A model generated the notes under the pieces. It was given only the letters and a program-made list of their open reading frames with translations, made no database searches and was not told the DNA's origin. The position numbers were made by a program, and so were the translations under genes. A stretch of 64,000 bases of DNA from Phallusia mammillata (lineage: Eukaryota): the NCBI GenBank assembly GCA_965637545.1, contig OZ281497.1, forward strand, positions 20,646,001 through 20,710,000, in the 5' to 3' direction. Positions 1-17,700 of the stretch are shown here, one piece after another (the stretch's first letter is position 1; each line of letters opens with the position of its first letter).

Positions 1-260
1 TGACGTAATAGTGATTGAAATCAATCTTTAAGATTTTTTTCGAAACTACTCTTACAGAACCTAATGTTTTTTTCGGTCATGTGCATCTTCGTCTGCTGCT
101 AATGTATCTAAGTTCAACTTAGATGTCAAACGTATGTTTTTTTGCCTCTAAGTTCACATACAAGGTAATAAAGCCACCTTCTTTAAAACTTAGAAAGCTT
201 ACGACATTACGTAGTTTGTCATTTCAAACAAGTGGTCGTTTGACACTCAATGTTTTGCAG

Positions 261-4350
<4,090 letters not shown>

Positions 4351-4745
4351 CGTCCTGAAGCAATGTCAATACCCAATAGGGTCCCGTCACGCGGTCAATA
4401 CTGTGCTGTGTTTGTGCAAAATGTGATTTGGTATTCTGCAAAACGAAGTGATCGGTTTTGACCACTGTGTAATGGTCAGTTGATCCAAAAAAAGATTATT
4501 GTATGTTGTTTCGACGTTAACGTGCAATAACCAGCTGAAAAAGGTATACGACATACAACAGAGGCTTGCATTGGACGATCGCTTAAAGGATAAAGTAGCC
4601 TTTATGTTTTTCAGGAATAATTATGATGAACCAGAAGAGAAGTGGCACTATTGCCATCTCATGTGTAAGTTTTCCGCCTTGTTTCACAGAACAGTTTTCG
4701 CCAGCAGTTGTGCAAAGTATATTGGCAAAAAAGCAAGCGATCTCT

Positions 4746-4751
4746 AATAAA
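4746..4751 (+). other. Candidate polyadenylation signal of PIK3C3
   Basis: AATAAA ~400 bp after the Vps34 stop codon. Confidence 0.4.
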
Positions 4752-5164
4752 ATTTCAAACAATAGCAACATTCACAAAAAACGAGGTACATAAAAATGGA
4801 TTCGTGACACGGATTGTAAACTACCGAGAAGGGCAAGGTAGCCAGGCAGTATATTGCGATGCTATCTAGTTCGACACAAAACTAATCAGAGTTGGAAGTC
4901 GGGCCGGGCTTGATACAAGATATACATGATTCGGGCCGTATTTTACTTACACTTGGCCATATGGGTGTCGAAATTTCTCTAGATCTCGGGCTTTAAAAAA
5001 CAAAAATTCGAGCTTGTTCTTTGAAATTTTAGGACCGTTTACAACAACACCGACCTAAACACGAGGAATAGCTCTGTTGTTCTCTTTCGCGGTAAACCCT
5101 CAATATATTTTCTCTAACCAGTACTTTTTTTAATTCCGTTAAACCTATGGTACATCTTCATTAA

Positions 5165-5184
5165 ACCCAGGTTAAGAACCACTG
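5165..5184. mobile_element. hAT-type MITE right TIR remnant
   Basis: ggttaagaaccactg is identical to the right TIR of the intact 18417-18960 element. Confidence 0.55.
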
Positions 5185-5275
5185 TTCTACCCATTACAAC
5201 ATATGGAATTCAGATCCAAGTCTTCCCAGCCGCTTGGCACTGCATTCGCCCGAGTAGGCTATACACTTGGAGGTG

Positions 5276-8200
5276 TCAGTATGCTGTTATGCTGCCACAA
5301 TGCTGAAAGATGGATTCCTCGCAGAACTTGAGTTGCCAGATTTTTCCGGCCCACAAACTGTAGCGGACCTCGCCGAGAAGTTCGACCAGTTTGTCCTGTA
5401 AAATAATTACAAAACCGCGTTCAGTTGTTTGGTTGGTTTCTTGGTGCAGTAATATATGGGCGACTTGTTGCTTATGCTACAAGCTGAAAAAACATATGAT
5501 GGATTTCTGCACTTCCCATAAAATCTTAAAGGCCACAAGTGGTAAATATAATCGGCATTAAACATTAAAAATTCCTGCTCGATGCCAGTCCAAGATATAC
5601 TGAATATCGTACAACAATGAGCAAAATTTTATAACAGCGCCTAATCTGGTCCACATAATAGCTATATTATTCCTTCCTTTATAAGGACGGCTACTTGGGC
5701 CTTGAAAGTGGTACATTTATCAATGAGACAATTTTGTTTGAAACAAACCTTTAGGTTTTCTTCGTCGTTTTCCTGATCGAGAAGTTCGTAGGCGCGATGA
5801 AGTAGGGGAACTCCCAGGCCTTTAATGCAATCTTTCCTCAGCATTACAATCCTCTTCATCAGCTTGTTGGTGGAGGCAAGAGTGGCTGTGCGGACACAAG
5901 TTGCCAGTTTACGAATGAAATACAGACCATTAGTGCAACCGTTATCAAAGATTGGGCTAATACAATTGCTCTAACTAGCGAAGGGCCGTAGCAAAATTGT
6001 CTTTGCTTTGTTGCGTACTAATTACATATCTAAACAACTACCAGTAAAATTTGCAGCTCGCTTGCTAGCAATACACTGAAGTAGTGAAAATTCAATGGGG
6101 TGCAGTTTGCACACCCCTATACGCTTCAAACATAGCACACTACAGTGTTACCAACCAGGAGTGACGGCTCTGACGTTTTGTTGGATGTGAGGTGGAACTC
6201 GCAGGTCGATTGCAGTCGCTTGTGGAGTATTTTGGTTAAAACCGGGAGTTGATTTCTGGGCGTTCTGCAACAACAAGCTTGAAGTCAGCCACTTCATATA
6301 CTAAAACGGGCGTTACGTTGTAGAACCAAGTTTCTGCCAAACCAGTATTTTTGTACAATTATTTTAAGACATCGTATAGCTTTCCAAAAACCAACAAAAG
6401 TACTCTTTTCTTACGTTGCACAATTGTCAAACTAAAAACTTTTGCAAAGAGAGATAAACTTAAGTCACAATTCGATGTTTAAAAAAGGCAGACTTTTTTA
6501 CAGTATATCCATAATGGGAACCGAGTGGGATATAAAAAGCAGACTTATAGTTTTGGCGATGGTTCAAAATGAACTGTAGTTTACCTCCTTCGTCGAAAGC
6601 TGACTCTCAGACAGCTCCGGTACAGGCGACAATTTTCTGTCCCCGTCGACTTCGACCTGATTGGTCGGCGTTGTGGGCGGGGACTCGTCAACTTTGTCGT
6701 CAGCCAATCGGAGCGTAGTATGAAGGAGAGTGTAGAATTGGTTCAGTTCTTCCCCGCTGCTGTTTTTTCGTTGGCTATTTGGAAGAAAGTCATATTTCAC
6801 GGAATTCAACACAATTTTGTGGTATTTGTCACCTTTAAAGGTGTTTCTTGTTAATCGCATGTATAATTTTCCAAGCATTAGCATGCGATTAACAAGAACA
6901 TTTGTAACTAATTTTAAACTGCACTTAGAGATTACATTAGCTCGAAACAAAATGCAATATGAACGGGAACAGCCTTTATTATTGTAAAACACTTAAAAAA
7001 CACAATAAAATATAATAGAAAAAAGACTGACATCAATTTACGCGTGTTTTAGAAATTGCAGTATCAATTGTTATAATTAGGAATCACAAAATTGCTTCAC
7101 TTACTTTTGGTCGCTCGAAAGGCGACCAGCTGGTGAGCTCAACCGTTGTTCATCCTAAAAACAAATGGATATTAAGTTTGCTGTTTCATTTGTGTGACAA
7201 AACATCAACATCTCGTTCTGACTCAAATTCAACAATCGTATCCCACCTGTGGTCGAGGAATGGCGGGTGGTCCCATTACTGTTGGTGGCTGTAAGGATTC
7301 CCCTAAAACGCGAACAAATGCGATTAAGAACGTTTAAGTTTCGTTGGTGACTGTAAAAATTTGTTTACCGGATTTGGGTGAATCTGAAGGCCTGGATAAC
7401 TGCCTTTCTCGCCTTTGTTTGGCTCTTCGCCTCTCTCTGGCAGAACTAAGGCTCTGCAAAGGCAAAAAATTGAAGAATTTTCGGCGAGAATGCGAGTTAC
7501 CTTACTACCTTACGCAGACGTTAAGTAGTATGTACTTGGAGCTGATCAATTCGTGGTATTGTCCAAGATAACTACAATTGCGTTAAACAGCAAAACGTAC
7601 CTTGGTTGAAGCTGTGCTAACGACGCTGGATGTCGACGATTCAAGTGCTTTTGATTCATTGCTAAAGAGAAAACAAGATGTTCAAATTACCCGCACATTC
7701 CGTAAATGTAGTGATGCAGTCTATTAAAATTGGTATGTCACAAACATTAAACTATAAATGTGTCTGTTATCTAGTAACATCCACTTGACGCAGGCAGTGA
7801 TTATCCAGCAATATGTTGCATACCGGTCATGTGATGCATCATCAGGAGTGACTACTTTGGGAAGTGGACGTCGTCCCGCCTGCAGAAAAGGGATGATTAA
7901 AGTTAAATAAACTACTTTTGTCTCGTTCATAACTTACAACTTTGTCACTGGACCCAGATGAACTCGTTGACTCAGCAGATTTGACTCTTGTTTGGTCATC
8001 GTTACCATGGTGATATGGAGGTTCAGAGGGAGGTGTTGGCTTCTACAGAAACACAAATAAATAATAATCTGCGAAAGAGATTCTCTAAGTGGAGTTTGCA
8101 AGGCATTTTCTGGGTTCTAGGGTTGTAAGGCGTTCGTTAAGGATGTGATTATTTGACTGACGTTAGGGCCCCAAGTTCTCTTTGTTTATGATTAGATCAA

Positions 8201-11200
8201 TAAGATATGTCTACAACTCTACATTGATAGATATGGGAAATTTACGACTGAAACTGTTTGAGGTGCCACAGAAACCTTTAAATAAACTTTCGTATTCACT
8301 ACTTTCACATCCCATTGCATAAACGTTGTGTCAAGAATGAAAACCACTGGTTGTTTTCAACTAATTTTTAGACAAAAACCAACCCTTGGCTGTGGAACAG
8401 GTTTGTTGTCCTTTCGTTTTGCATCAACTTCATCAAATATCCGACCATTAATCGGTTCAGGATGATCATTCTTCTTCTCTTCAGTTTTCCTCCTGGTCTC
8501 TATGTCCTTTTTTTGTTTGTTGTCATCATCTTTTCGGTTTTCCTTGTTGTCACCTTTCCCTTGCTTGTCTTTGGGTGTTACTGGTGATGGTTGTTTTCTT
8601 ACTGGATTTGCTACCTTGGCCTAAATGCAATAGTCATGAATAAAAAAATCGTATATTACCTATATCAAAAAAACATAATTTTATTGCCTATAACAGTATC
8701 ACAACTACGAGCATCTGCATTCGTTTATCAGTTACAAGTATATCCATATATTTTCTTTGCCAATTGGAACTAAGATAAAACTAATTTGTATGGTAAGATT
8801 TAGATACCGGCTGTGGTGTTTCATGTTCAAACACAGAGTTGTTCGATTCCCGTGAGCTACATCTACTGGATGAAACAGAAGGTTTTTGTTCCGATCTAGC
8901 TCTGCTTTTCCGTCCAGATGTGGGTCGCCTTTTTAACACAAAAATATAATCCATTCAAAATCACAACAAAGCCTTTTTTTGAAATACACACAGTTTACTG
9001 TTAAACTTTTGGGATGAAAGTTAAACAGGTTGACTTTACCTTGATTTGCTGCTCTCATCTAAAAACAACTGGATGTGTTGCTTAATGAAGGCATTTCTCA
9101 ATATTTTGTTCACACTTGGCCGCTTCTCTGCACTTTGATGCAACATGCTTCGAATTAGGTCACACAATTCATCACTGTACATCTCTGGCATTTTAGGCAT
9201 CTGCAAAGCAATTTCAGTCATATAAAACTGCTTCAAGACACAACTTATTATACAGTTTAAGTTTATTAAAATAAATTTTAAAATCCACAACCCCACATTG
9301 AAGAGAATTTCAAAAATACTTACTTTCTTTTTAAGGATTTTGTACACAAGAGAGTTCATGTCTTTTGCATTGAAAGCATGTTTGAGTGTTGTCATCTCAT
9401 ACACACAACAACCCAATGCCCACACATCTGATTTGTAGTTGTAAGGCTTGTTGGAGAAGAGCTCAGGACTCATGTAGTAGGGAGTGCCAATTAATGTGGT
9501 TGCCATATCTGAAGCACCTTCTAAAACTCGAGCAATACCCAAATCTCCCACCTATGTAAGCAAATTGTGTTGAGTTAGGTTCTTGATACTAGATATTGTA
9601 GCAACATAATTGCATTAAGTTAAAGATTGTTGGTTAATGAATGTTGAAAAGCTGCAGCAACACTGATATCAAATTGTGACATGTGGTTTGACTCCTATTG
9701 TAAAATAAATGGCAACAATAGCTTTTTGGTTACTCTTCAGGTTGTAAAATTTGAAATATGCTTGTCCAAATAGTACATGAAAAATAAATAATTTCAAGCA
9801 ATAGTTGACTCTGTCCTATGGAATTTTGCATTCTTGGTCTCAATTACAAAAATATATGTATTTTTACCAGCACTGGTTGGAAATTGCCTGTCAACAAACA
9901 AGTTATAAGAATTGGGGTTTTAGATTCAGCAGATTGTGAAATATGGGGAGCACCAAAATCAGGAAATACTTCAGCACTAAACAGCCTATGTAGGAAATGG
10001 TAAAATGTCATAAGGAAGTTGACCGTACAATGAATCACCAACATAGACAAACATTATCCAATTTTTGTTTTCAGTTGACCAATGTTTATATTTGAAGAAC
10101 AGGCTTAGACAACCCAAAACACAGTCTTTAAGTAAAAACAATTTCTTTCCTGAAACAATAACACAGCACCTTTATCATTTTAGTCTTGGTCAGAAAAATA
10201 TTTTGGGTCTTCAGATCTCTATGCAGAATGTGTTTCTGATGAAGATACTGCAAGGCCATACATATCTGTATGAACCATCGAACTATCTGCACTTCTGTCA
10301 AAAACTCATTGATATCTCTGTGTTCACGCAGTTTTGTGTACAAGTCTCCACCTTCTGCAAATCTAAATAACAAATCATAAAAATCTTTTATCCTATCTAA
10401 AGTTTTAACTAATTGACATCGGTCAATCTGAATCTTCAACTAATCGGACAAATTTTTGGTCCAAACCAGTCCAGATTAACTAAGGTTTGCTGTATTTCGT
10501 TAAATTCAAGTTATACAATAAAACCCCAAAACATTCAAATTATTTTTTTCATTATAAACATATACCCTATTTAGATCAACAGCTATACTGTTGCATACAA
10601 AACACCAACAACACTTGGAATATCTTACATAACTAAACATGTGTATGAAACATACCCCATGACAATGTACAAAAATCCATCATCACTTTCAAATGAGTCT
10701 TTGTACGATATTATGTTCGGATGTTTCAAATTTGAAAGTAGTTTTGCTTCTTGCTGTGCTGCTTTTCTTTCTCGCTTTGATGCTTTTTGCAGTACAAGCT
10801 TTTTGATGACATACTACAAATGTAAACATGCATGTTTTGCAGATCCAATCAAACAACAATCTAATAGATTGAATGCAATGAATAAAGAATTACACTTATT
10901 TATAAAAGCTATACAATAATTGTTTAATTAAACCACAAAAACATTATTATACATCGGAAAACTTTTTGCACTAACAAAAAACGTTCTACTTCTAGCAACC
11001 ACAAAAATTTTATTAATTTGTGTGGCAAAACAATGTAGCAACAAAATGTGAAGTAAAATCTAGGATAGATAAACTTTTATGGAGAAAGCAGACCATAAAT
11101 TTTTGATGAAGAAAGCAGACCACAAATATTGTATAAAATTCAACAAACTTGTTTCTTTTCCCGTTTGTGCTGAATCAAATGAACCTCGCCATAACTTCCT

Positions 11201-11247
11201 TTCCCGATTGAACGCAAGATAGAATAATCATCCAGTCCGCCGCTCAT
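5276..11247 (-). CDS. NEK4: NIMA-related serine/threonine kinase 4, complete multi-exon gene
   Basis: ATG at 11247. Exons 11149-11247 (MSGGLDDYSILRSIGKGSYGEV), 10656-10813 (YVIKK..HPNIISYKDSF), 10170-10362 (FAEGGDL..HRDLKTQNIFLT), 9324-9551 (VGDLGIARVL..GTPYYMSPE..SDVWALG), 9040-9200, 8808-8928, then several low-complexity exons (approximate) including SLSSARERRRAKQ. The C-terminal exons give LMKRIVMLRKDCIKGLGVPLLHRAYELLD and ..IWQLKFCEE..*, stop at 5276-5278. The SARERRR motif and C-terminal block point to NEK4 rather than other NEKs. Confidence 0.92.
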
Positions 11248-12289
11248 GTTGTTGTTTCGTACTTTGTTTGAATTAAAAGATGCTTGTTAAATCTGAAAGG
11301 CATGTACTCCGCGTTCTAAGTATATTCACAAGTGTAATTGTTTTTCTTTTCGTGACTCCTACACTAAAGAGAAATACACATGAAAGTTGGCTTGTTGTGA
11401 AAATTTGTAAAAATGCGGTACCAACCCCTAGTTTGTTCAAAAACAACACAAAAAACGCGACAAACTAAACGTGAAAATTTACTTTAGCATTTTCGTATCC
11501 AACACTACTTTTTATTCACAACGGTTGGTGCATTCACAATGACGTAGTATTCTTATTGAGTTCTGATTGTGACGTGAACATCTCTGGCACGTTTGCGGCT
11601 TGTCCTACGTAAAAGCACAAGTTAGCGATATGTTGTGGTTGGTGTTTTATTTTCGAGAAATATCAAATATAGGCCTTTCCTTTTGTGAAAATACATTTTG
11701 TATCAAACAAAATTAGAATTTTCATCAGCCATACTCCTAAAAATACAGGGTCACACTTAATTAACATTAATAATTTGCTTGTGAAAGGATCGTCATTCGA
11801 TGCTTTTACAGCATGACCTTGCCAGAATGTTTGCCGGGGTAAGATTAAATCAAAAATCAATCCTGGCAGGTGCAACACTTGCCCTGTGCTTTCACGACGC
11901 ATGCGCTAGGCTACAATTTTAAAACATTCCCATTTTTGTGCTTTCGTTGGACCAAGAACCTACATCGCATCCACGAACAATGTGTTGGTTATTGGACTGG
12001 ACGCCATTGTCCCACAAAATTGGATGAAAGACGATCATTGCTAGCCAAATTGTTTGGCTTAGCACAGTTGTTCTCCTTTTTTACTCGACCCCTTTACAAA
12101 CACATTAATGAAGTTTTACTCCGAGAATGTGATCATCATACATTTACTCTCAAATGTCAATAGAACAATTCGGTATTTTGTACTGCAGAAAACCCTCAAA
12201 ATTGTGGTCATGGCTCACCTCACCATAAAAATGTTCACTATTTCGTGCTAAAAAAAACAAATTTATAGAAGTATTTAAAAGTACTTGGC

Positions 12290-12333
12290 GACGACCCCTT
12301 TGGGGGTCGCGACCCCCAGGTTGAGAAACACTG
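12290..12333. mobile_element. hAT-type MITE right-end fragment between NEK4 and the 7TM gene
   Basis: gggggtcgcgacccccaggttgagaaacactg, same family as 3700-3767 and 23536-24306. Confidence 0.7.
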
Positions 12334-12840
12334 GCTTAGCCAGTCTTTATATAGGCCTGCATATGGTAGGCCAACACATTTAACAGCAGTATTTGATAGT
12401 AGGCTAAACGTGTAGCCTACACTTTGTAATGGACGCCAAATTCTCTTTTACAATTTTAATAACATCTTAAACTCCGTTTTCTGTTCAAAATGATGAAAGC
12501 AAGCACATATTTTAAGACTTCAAGTAAAAGAAACTAGCAATACTTTGGTGCTTGGTTTAAACTTATCTGGATTATTATAGTCACCAAACGGTTTTTTTAT
12601 TGCGTTAATCATGCTCCCGTGTCAGTACAATTATATCTGTCGTTGACAATCAATAAATTCAGGTCAACCAGCGAAGCGTTGTAGGCCCGGACAAAAAAGG
12701 CAGGGCAAAAATTTCAACAACAACAATACACCTATTTTAAGGACGTAGTAGCCTACATTGTACAGCTAAGTCGCGTCTACCAGAAATGTGTTGTGCGATG
12801 TGATAAAACTTGTTCACGAAATAAGCCGCTGCTGAACAAA

Positions 12841-13791
12841 ATGGAAAATGTCACCCTGCCAAGGACTGTCTGGCTCAGAAGAATTAAGCAACCAGTTTGG
12901 ATTTTAGCTGAAAGTTGGAACCTATTGGCCTTGGCGACATTAACCTGGTTTTGCGTAAGTCTTGTTGTTCACGCAAAACGACGCGGAAAATTTAGGCCAA
13001 AAACCTCAACGCAACTCAACTCTGGGTCTGTATACATATCAGCTGTTCTGGCAAATTTTACCGCTTATATTTATATACTATCAGGACAATTTAGTATTAA
13101 TTCTGGCTTTAAAGATTCGATGCTAGTAGAATCTTGTCAAATCGCTTTAAACATTCGCTCTTTTGGCTACATAACAGCAATGCTCTCAGTCTACACATTT
13201 ATGTGGATCAGACAACGTTCTTTATATGGACACCCTTTAATGCGAAGCTCGCAGCGTAGATGGCTTACAGTTCTCAGTTGGAGCGTATTGATGTTCATGA
13301 TTTTAGGAAGCATTGCAATTTGTACTGCTCTGATGGCACCGACACAATATCAAGCATCAGAACATGGATGTAAACTGACAAAAGGTAACGACATCAAAAT
13401 AGTTCTGTATGTCGGAAACTCAATTCTATTGTTAAGTCAACTAACCTTACTATTCCTGCTTGTTTATCCTTTGAGACTGCAAATCAACCATTTCAGTGCC
13501 GGAAGAATAACTTCTGTTGTTAAACGATCAGCCTCGATTACTGCCATTTGCCTTTTCAGCGACTTTGTAGACATGGCCTTAATTTTGCACGCAATACCTC
13601 CGAAATATTCAATCCATTTATCCGGCGTGCTTTTGGAAATGAACTTAATCGTGAATTTGCTTGGCGTAATTGTGTCCTTCAAATCTTGGCCTAAAATTTT
13701 GATGTCGATTTGCCGCAAAGAAAACCCCATGGCGCAAGGTGGTATCTTCCAAGCCGCAGTCGAATTGACAGAGGCGCCGCACCGTAATTGA
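12841..13791 (+). CDS. Intronless orphan seven-transmembrane (GPCR-like) protein, 316 aa
   Basis: Uninterrupted ORF from the ATG at 12841 (the track's 12793 start is a GTG). It has seven hydrophobic segments, an N-terminal NVT glycosylation sequon, a Cys at the top of TM3 (ESCQ) and one in ECL2 (HGCK), and a basic ICL1. YTFMWIRQRSLY sits in place of DRY, and there is no NPxxY. Confidence 0.88.
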   Translation: MENVTLPRTVWLRRIKQPVWILAESWNLLALATLTWFCVSLVVHAKRRGKFRPKTSTQLNSGSVYISAVLANFTAYIYILSGQFSINSGFKDSMLVESCQIALNIRSFGYITAMLSVYTFMWIRQRSLYGHPLMRSSQRRWLTVLSWSVLMFMILGSIAICTALMAPTQYQASEHGCKLTKGNDIKIVLYVGNSILLLSQLTLLFLLVYPLRLQINHFSAGRITSVVKRSASITAICLFSDFVDMALILHAIPPKYSIHLSGVLLEMNLIVNLLGVIVSFKSWPKILMSICRKENPMAQGGIFQAAVELTEAPHRN

Positions 13792-14610
13792 TAATTCATT
13801 TTTACAGTCCACGTGATTGGATCAAATCAGTTGGAGATTATGGAATCAATTGTTTCTGTGTTTATTTTTTCATATCTTCGGTGGACGGGCAACGCCTGAA
13901 TGCGTTATGCTTGCAAAGAATCCGCAGTCGAACTGCCTGTTTTATTGCGTATATGTGTTAAATCATTTTTTATTTGATTTTTTGGGTTTAGGGAGTTGGT
14001 GATTTTAATTAGTTCTGCCTATCGGGTATTACTGCGTTAGAGCAACGCAGCTCTATAGTTTCGTGCCCAGGGAAACAAGAGTGGCCGACGCAAGACTATA
14101 ACCAACAACCTTGTGAACATCAGTCAATTGCGTTAAATACAAACATAAATGGTAATGTGTTTAAAATACTGTAGGCGAGAACTTTTGATACGAATGTTTT
14201 TAGTATTTAGCACCGCTATTTGCTTTTCCCATGGTTGTTGCAGTGTTTCTTTGTGTTTTTTTTTTACTCCAACAATGATTTTGCATGACTTTGGAAACTA
14301 ATCCACTACTAAATTTTATTCTGAAAAAATGCCACAACCGCAAGTGGGGGTTGTGAGCAAGGCATAAGACAAGTTCTTAGTTCTCTTCTGTAGCGCGCAA
14401 ATTTGAACATTTTCTATGAACATTTTGTGTTGTAGAATTTTTTTTTTTAGGCTCGAGTACATGTTAAATTTTGAGTCGAGAATTTGCACTATACGAAAGT
14501 TAATTTGGTGAAGTTGGAAACTGCCCCGGCACTACAATCTTCGGCTAATCCCACTGTTTTCTTATTGTCGCTTGGTGGCATCGGTAAGAAAAAACTGATC
14601 AAAAAGTTCG

Positions 14611-14722
14611 GAACGCAACTAAGCCCTGACCCATATACAGACATAAAAAACCCTGATCGGGATTCGTCCCCGGGAGAGTCCTGGGTTCGAACCCCGTGGA
14701 AAAAAAAAGAACGCAACTAAGC
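14611..14722 (+). mobile_element. 84-bp retroposed insertion (14625-14708) with poly(A) and 14-bp TSD
   Basis: GAACGCAACTAAGC at 14611-14624 and 14709-14722 flanks an insert ending in a B-box-like GGTTCGAACCC and an A9 tail. Confidence 0.7.
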
Positions 14723-17700
14723 TGGTGCCAACATTTTTATTGTGGCATTGTCAAACGATAAGGCAAAGGTCAAATAAACTGCCATGCAATAGTATAACCG
14801 GAAATGTGAGGTGTTACACAGATTCGTTGGCGCATGATGAAGTTTGATGGTTAAGATGGAGTTGGCTACGGTTTTGGATATAATTTGACGAAATTACCTT
14901 TTTTGTTGCTTAACCTGTTGGGCACAAGTTGAAATCGTAATCTCAAAGAAACCCTGCAATACATACAAAAAGAATAGCCTACCTATGTTAAGAAAAAGCT
15001 GGATTTTTTAACCTCACTTATTGAGGATTAGGTAATATTTACATTGCAGTCAGCACGCGTCGGTTTTAGGGAAGTAACAATAACATGTTGATGTTTATTT
15101 ATTTGACAAGGGGATTATGCTTCCCCAAAACTGCAAATACTTGCGCTCGGCGTGCGTCTGCACGTACTAAACTTCTGTTTACAAACAAACAAACACATCG
15201 TATTTGTTTTTCCCGTCCCCCTATTTTAGCGGCGCAAAACGAGTTTACGCGAAGTCACAATAGGTGATGATGCAACAATGACAAATTTAACAGAGTTACT
15301 TGATAGCGAGAAATAGTAATTTCGTCATTTGCCAAAAAAACATTGACGACCGTGCGAAATGAAATTACTTGTGAGACTGCTTGAAGCGTTTTGTTGATTG
15401 ACGCAATCCGGTTTCTGATTGTTTGGTACAGACCGAATTTGCTTTCACTTGTCGCTGCTACACTCCAGTTGTATTGTTTTGATTGTGGGAAAGGCCTCGT
15501 TTGTGTAAATAAATCAAGCACACATTACACGTTGATCCTATGAGGGATTGAAAGAGATACAATAAAAAATAATTTTGGGAAGGTTCTGCTACGGAAATAA
15601 AATTATCAAACTGGTTTAATTACTCTATAGGCGCAAAAAGCTTACCCATGTCAACCAAACTTGGTCCGTTTGGTTAAAATCGGTTTTCAGCCCGAAAACT
15701 TTAAAGTTTTTAAGGTCACTCTATTCAACACCCGTGGTGCTAGTTGGAGGCAATTACTTTCCAAGCACATTTGCTGTCTTAATATTTGCTTTTAGTTGGC
15801 TGGCGAGATCAAACGCGAATCGCTTGGGGTGTTGGGTTACCCCTGCTGCGATGGTCCAGGGGCTCGTTAATCACGGTGATTGACAGGCGGGTGACAAAAT
15901 CGAGGTCCCTCCTACTGAACCGAGACCGACTCTTTAACAAAAGTCGACGAAGTAACTCTTCGATGAACGATAGAAATCTTAAGCGTCTTAAACGATGCGA
16001 TTTATCTGTCCAGAAGCGAAATCCGACCTATGAGCGCAGTGGTCAAGTTCTCAACAGTTTAGCGGGCGATTCTGCCCCGAAATGCGGCGGTTTTTGGCCA
16101 CACGTATCTCTGTTTGTTTTGCTGCGGGTTTGTATCAAAATATTTGGTTAAACGAGGGCGCACGTATGGGCAAACACGCCGTGCCCCCGACACTCAAAAG
16201 TTCACTTTTGCATGGCGCTCGCTGGGGTATGGGGCAGCTCTGACAAAACCGCCAAGTCACCTCTTGAACCTATGAATTCTGGGGCAAACTTTCAACACCC
16301 CGGGCAAGCCTGTCACTGGATCGTCTGTGAAACAAAAATATTTGCCCCGTTACGTCACGCTCTTCCTGCCTTTGTCGGTCCGCTTTGTGACATCATAATT
16401 GCATCAATCACTGATTGTGAGCAAAATAGGTGTGACACTTCGATTTTTAAACGTTGTTAGTTGTGTCGTTAACGCTGCAGTTTAACCAAGGTCTAATCGG
16501 GTCGATAAAACAAGAAAAAATATATAATTTAATAGAAATCGTTTTGGTGGAAAACGCACGTGGCCAACAATACAAATGGTCACTCATGATTTGGAAATGG
16601 CTGAAAACCAGATAAAATGGCAAACTATTTTAAACTGCTAACAAAGTGACGACTTAAACTATATGAAGTTCCAAATACATCACTGGGAGAGGAAAGGCCC
16701 TTGAGTTTGTTCCACATCTGATTGATTAAGAAGCCGTTGTAAACTTAATCTCTTTTTTTCCCTTAAGTATTCTTTTAGTAGAAACTAAGGATTGGTATGA
16801 ATTACACATATTTCAATTACATTCGGATCTCGCTCCTAAAATCGAACAAACCCTTAAATTTTGTTTCGGGATTCGGATATCATTTCAGGTTATACTGGAT
16901 ATTAAAAGGTTTCAAAGGCACGGACGCAGTCCATACAGAAAATTTTGACACGTTAAAGTAAGCCCTGTTTTTTGTTTACTAAGACTGTTGCAAAGTTAAC
17001 AAAAATTGTAAGATACACATATTGTGTATAAAACCTGAATAAATAAGACTTAAACATATGCTTTAAAATTCGCTTTGTTATACGATATGGGATCAACTCT
17101 GTTTCTCGGAGTTACACATTTCTATGAAAGTATTTATCTAAAAGTATTTACACAACAATTTTAAAAAGTATTTCCTTTAAATTTGTCCCCAATACAAAAA
17201 CAATTTACACCCCATTGAAAACATTTGGACTATGATACACTTCGTTTTAAGTTACAGTTACTAATACAACCACAGCACAATGTTTACTCGACAGTTACAA
17301 AAGTGCGAATTGACTTTCCAGATTGTTGGTGGTCAACAGATTTGTCGGGCGACAGTTACAAATACGTGCTGTTGACAAATCATGGCTGTAAACCAAACTG
17401 TAAACAACCACGCGTCGTGAGAGATCAACCGCGACTCTCTCGAAACTTCTATCCTGCACAGATCCGGATTTGAAGTTTTGAAAGCCGAAGGTTTATTTGT
17501 GAAATGCGTTGCCATGTTAATAAGTGATCAAAGGTGCTGACTTTATCAGCAGCGTGGGAATTTAATTGGACAAAAACATGTTGGTTATGACTGCACTTGA
17601 CCTGTAATAAATATACACGCGGCTTATGAATCACCAGTTAATTGATAAGGTATGACGCGGTATATTTGATTCCAATTAGCTGTAATTGCGACTTGGAACG

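Noticed and set aside
13464-13799. 111-aa ORF antisense to the 7TM gene
   Set aside because: Shadow ORF of a coding region.
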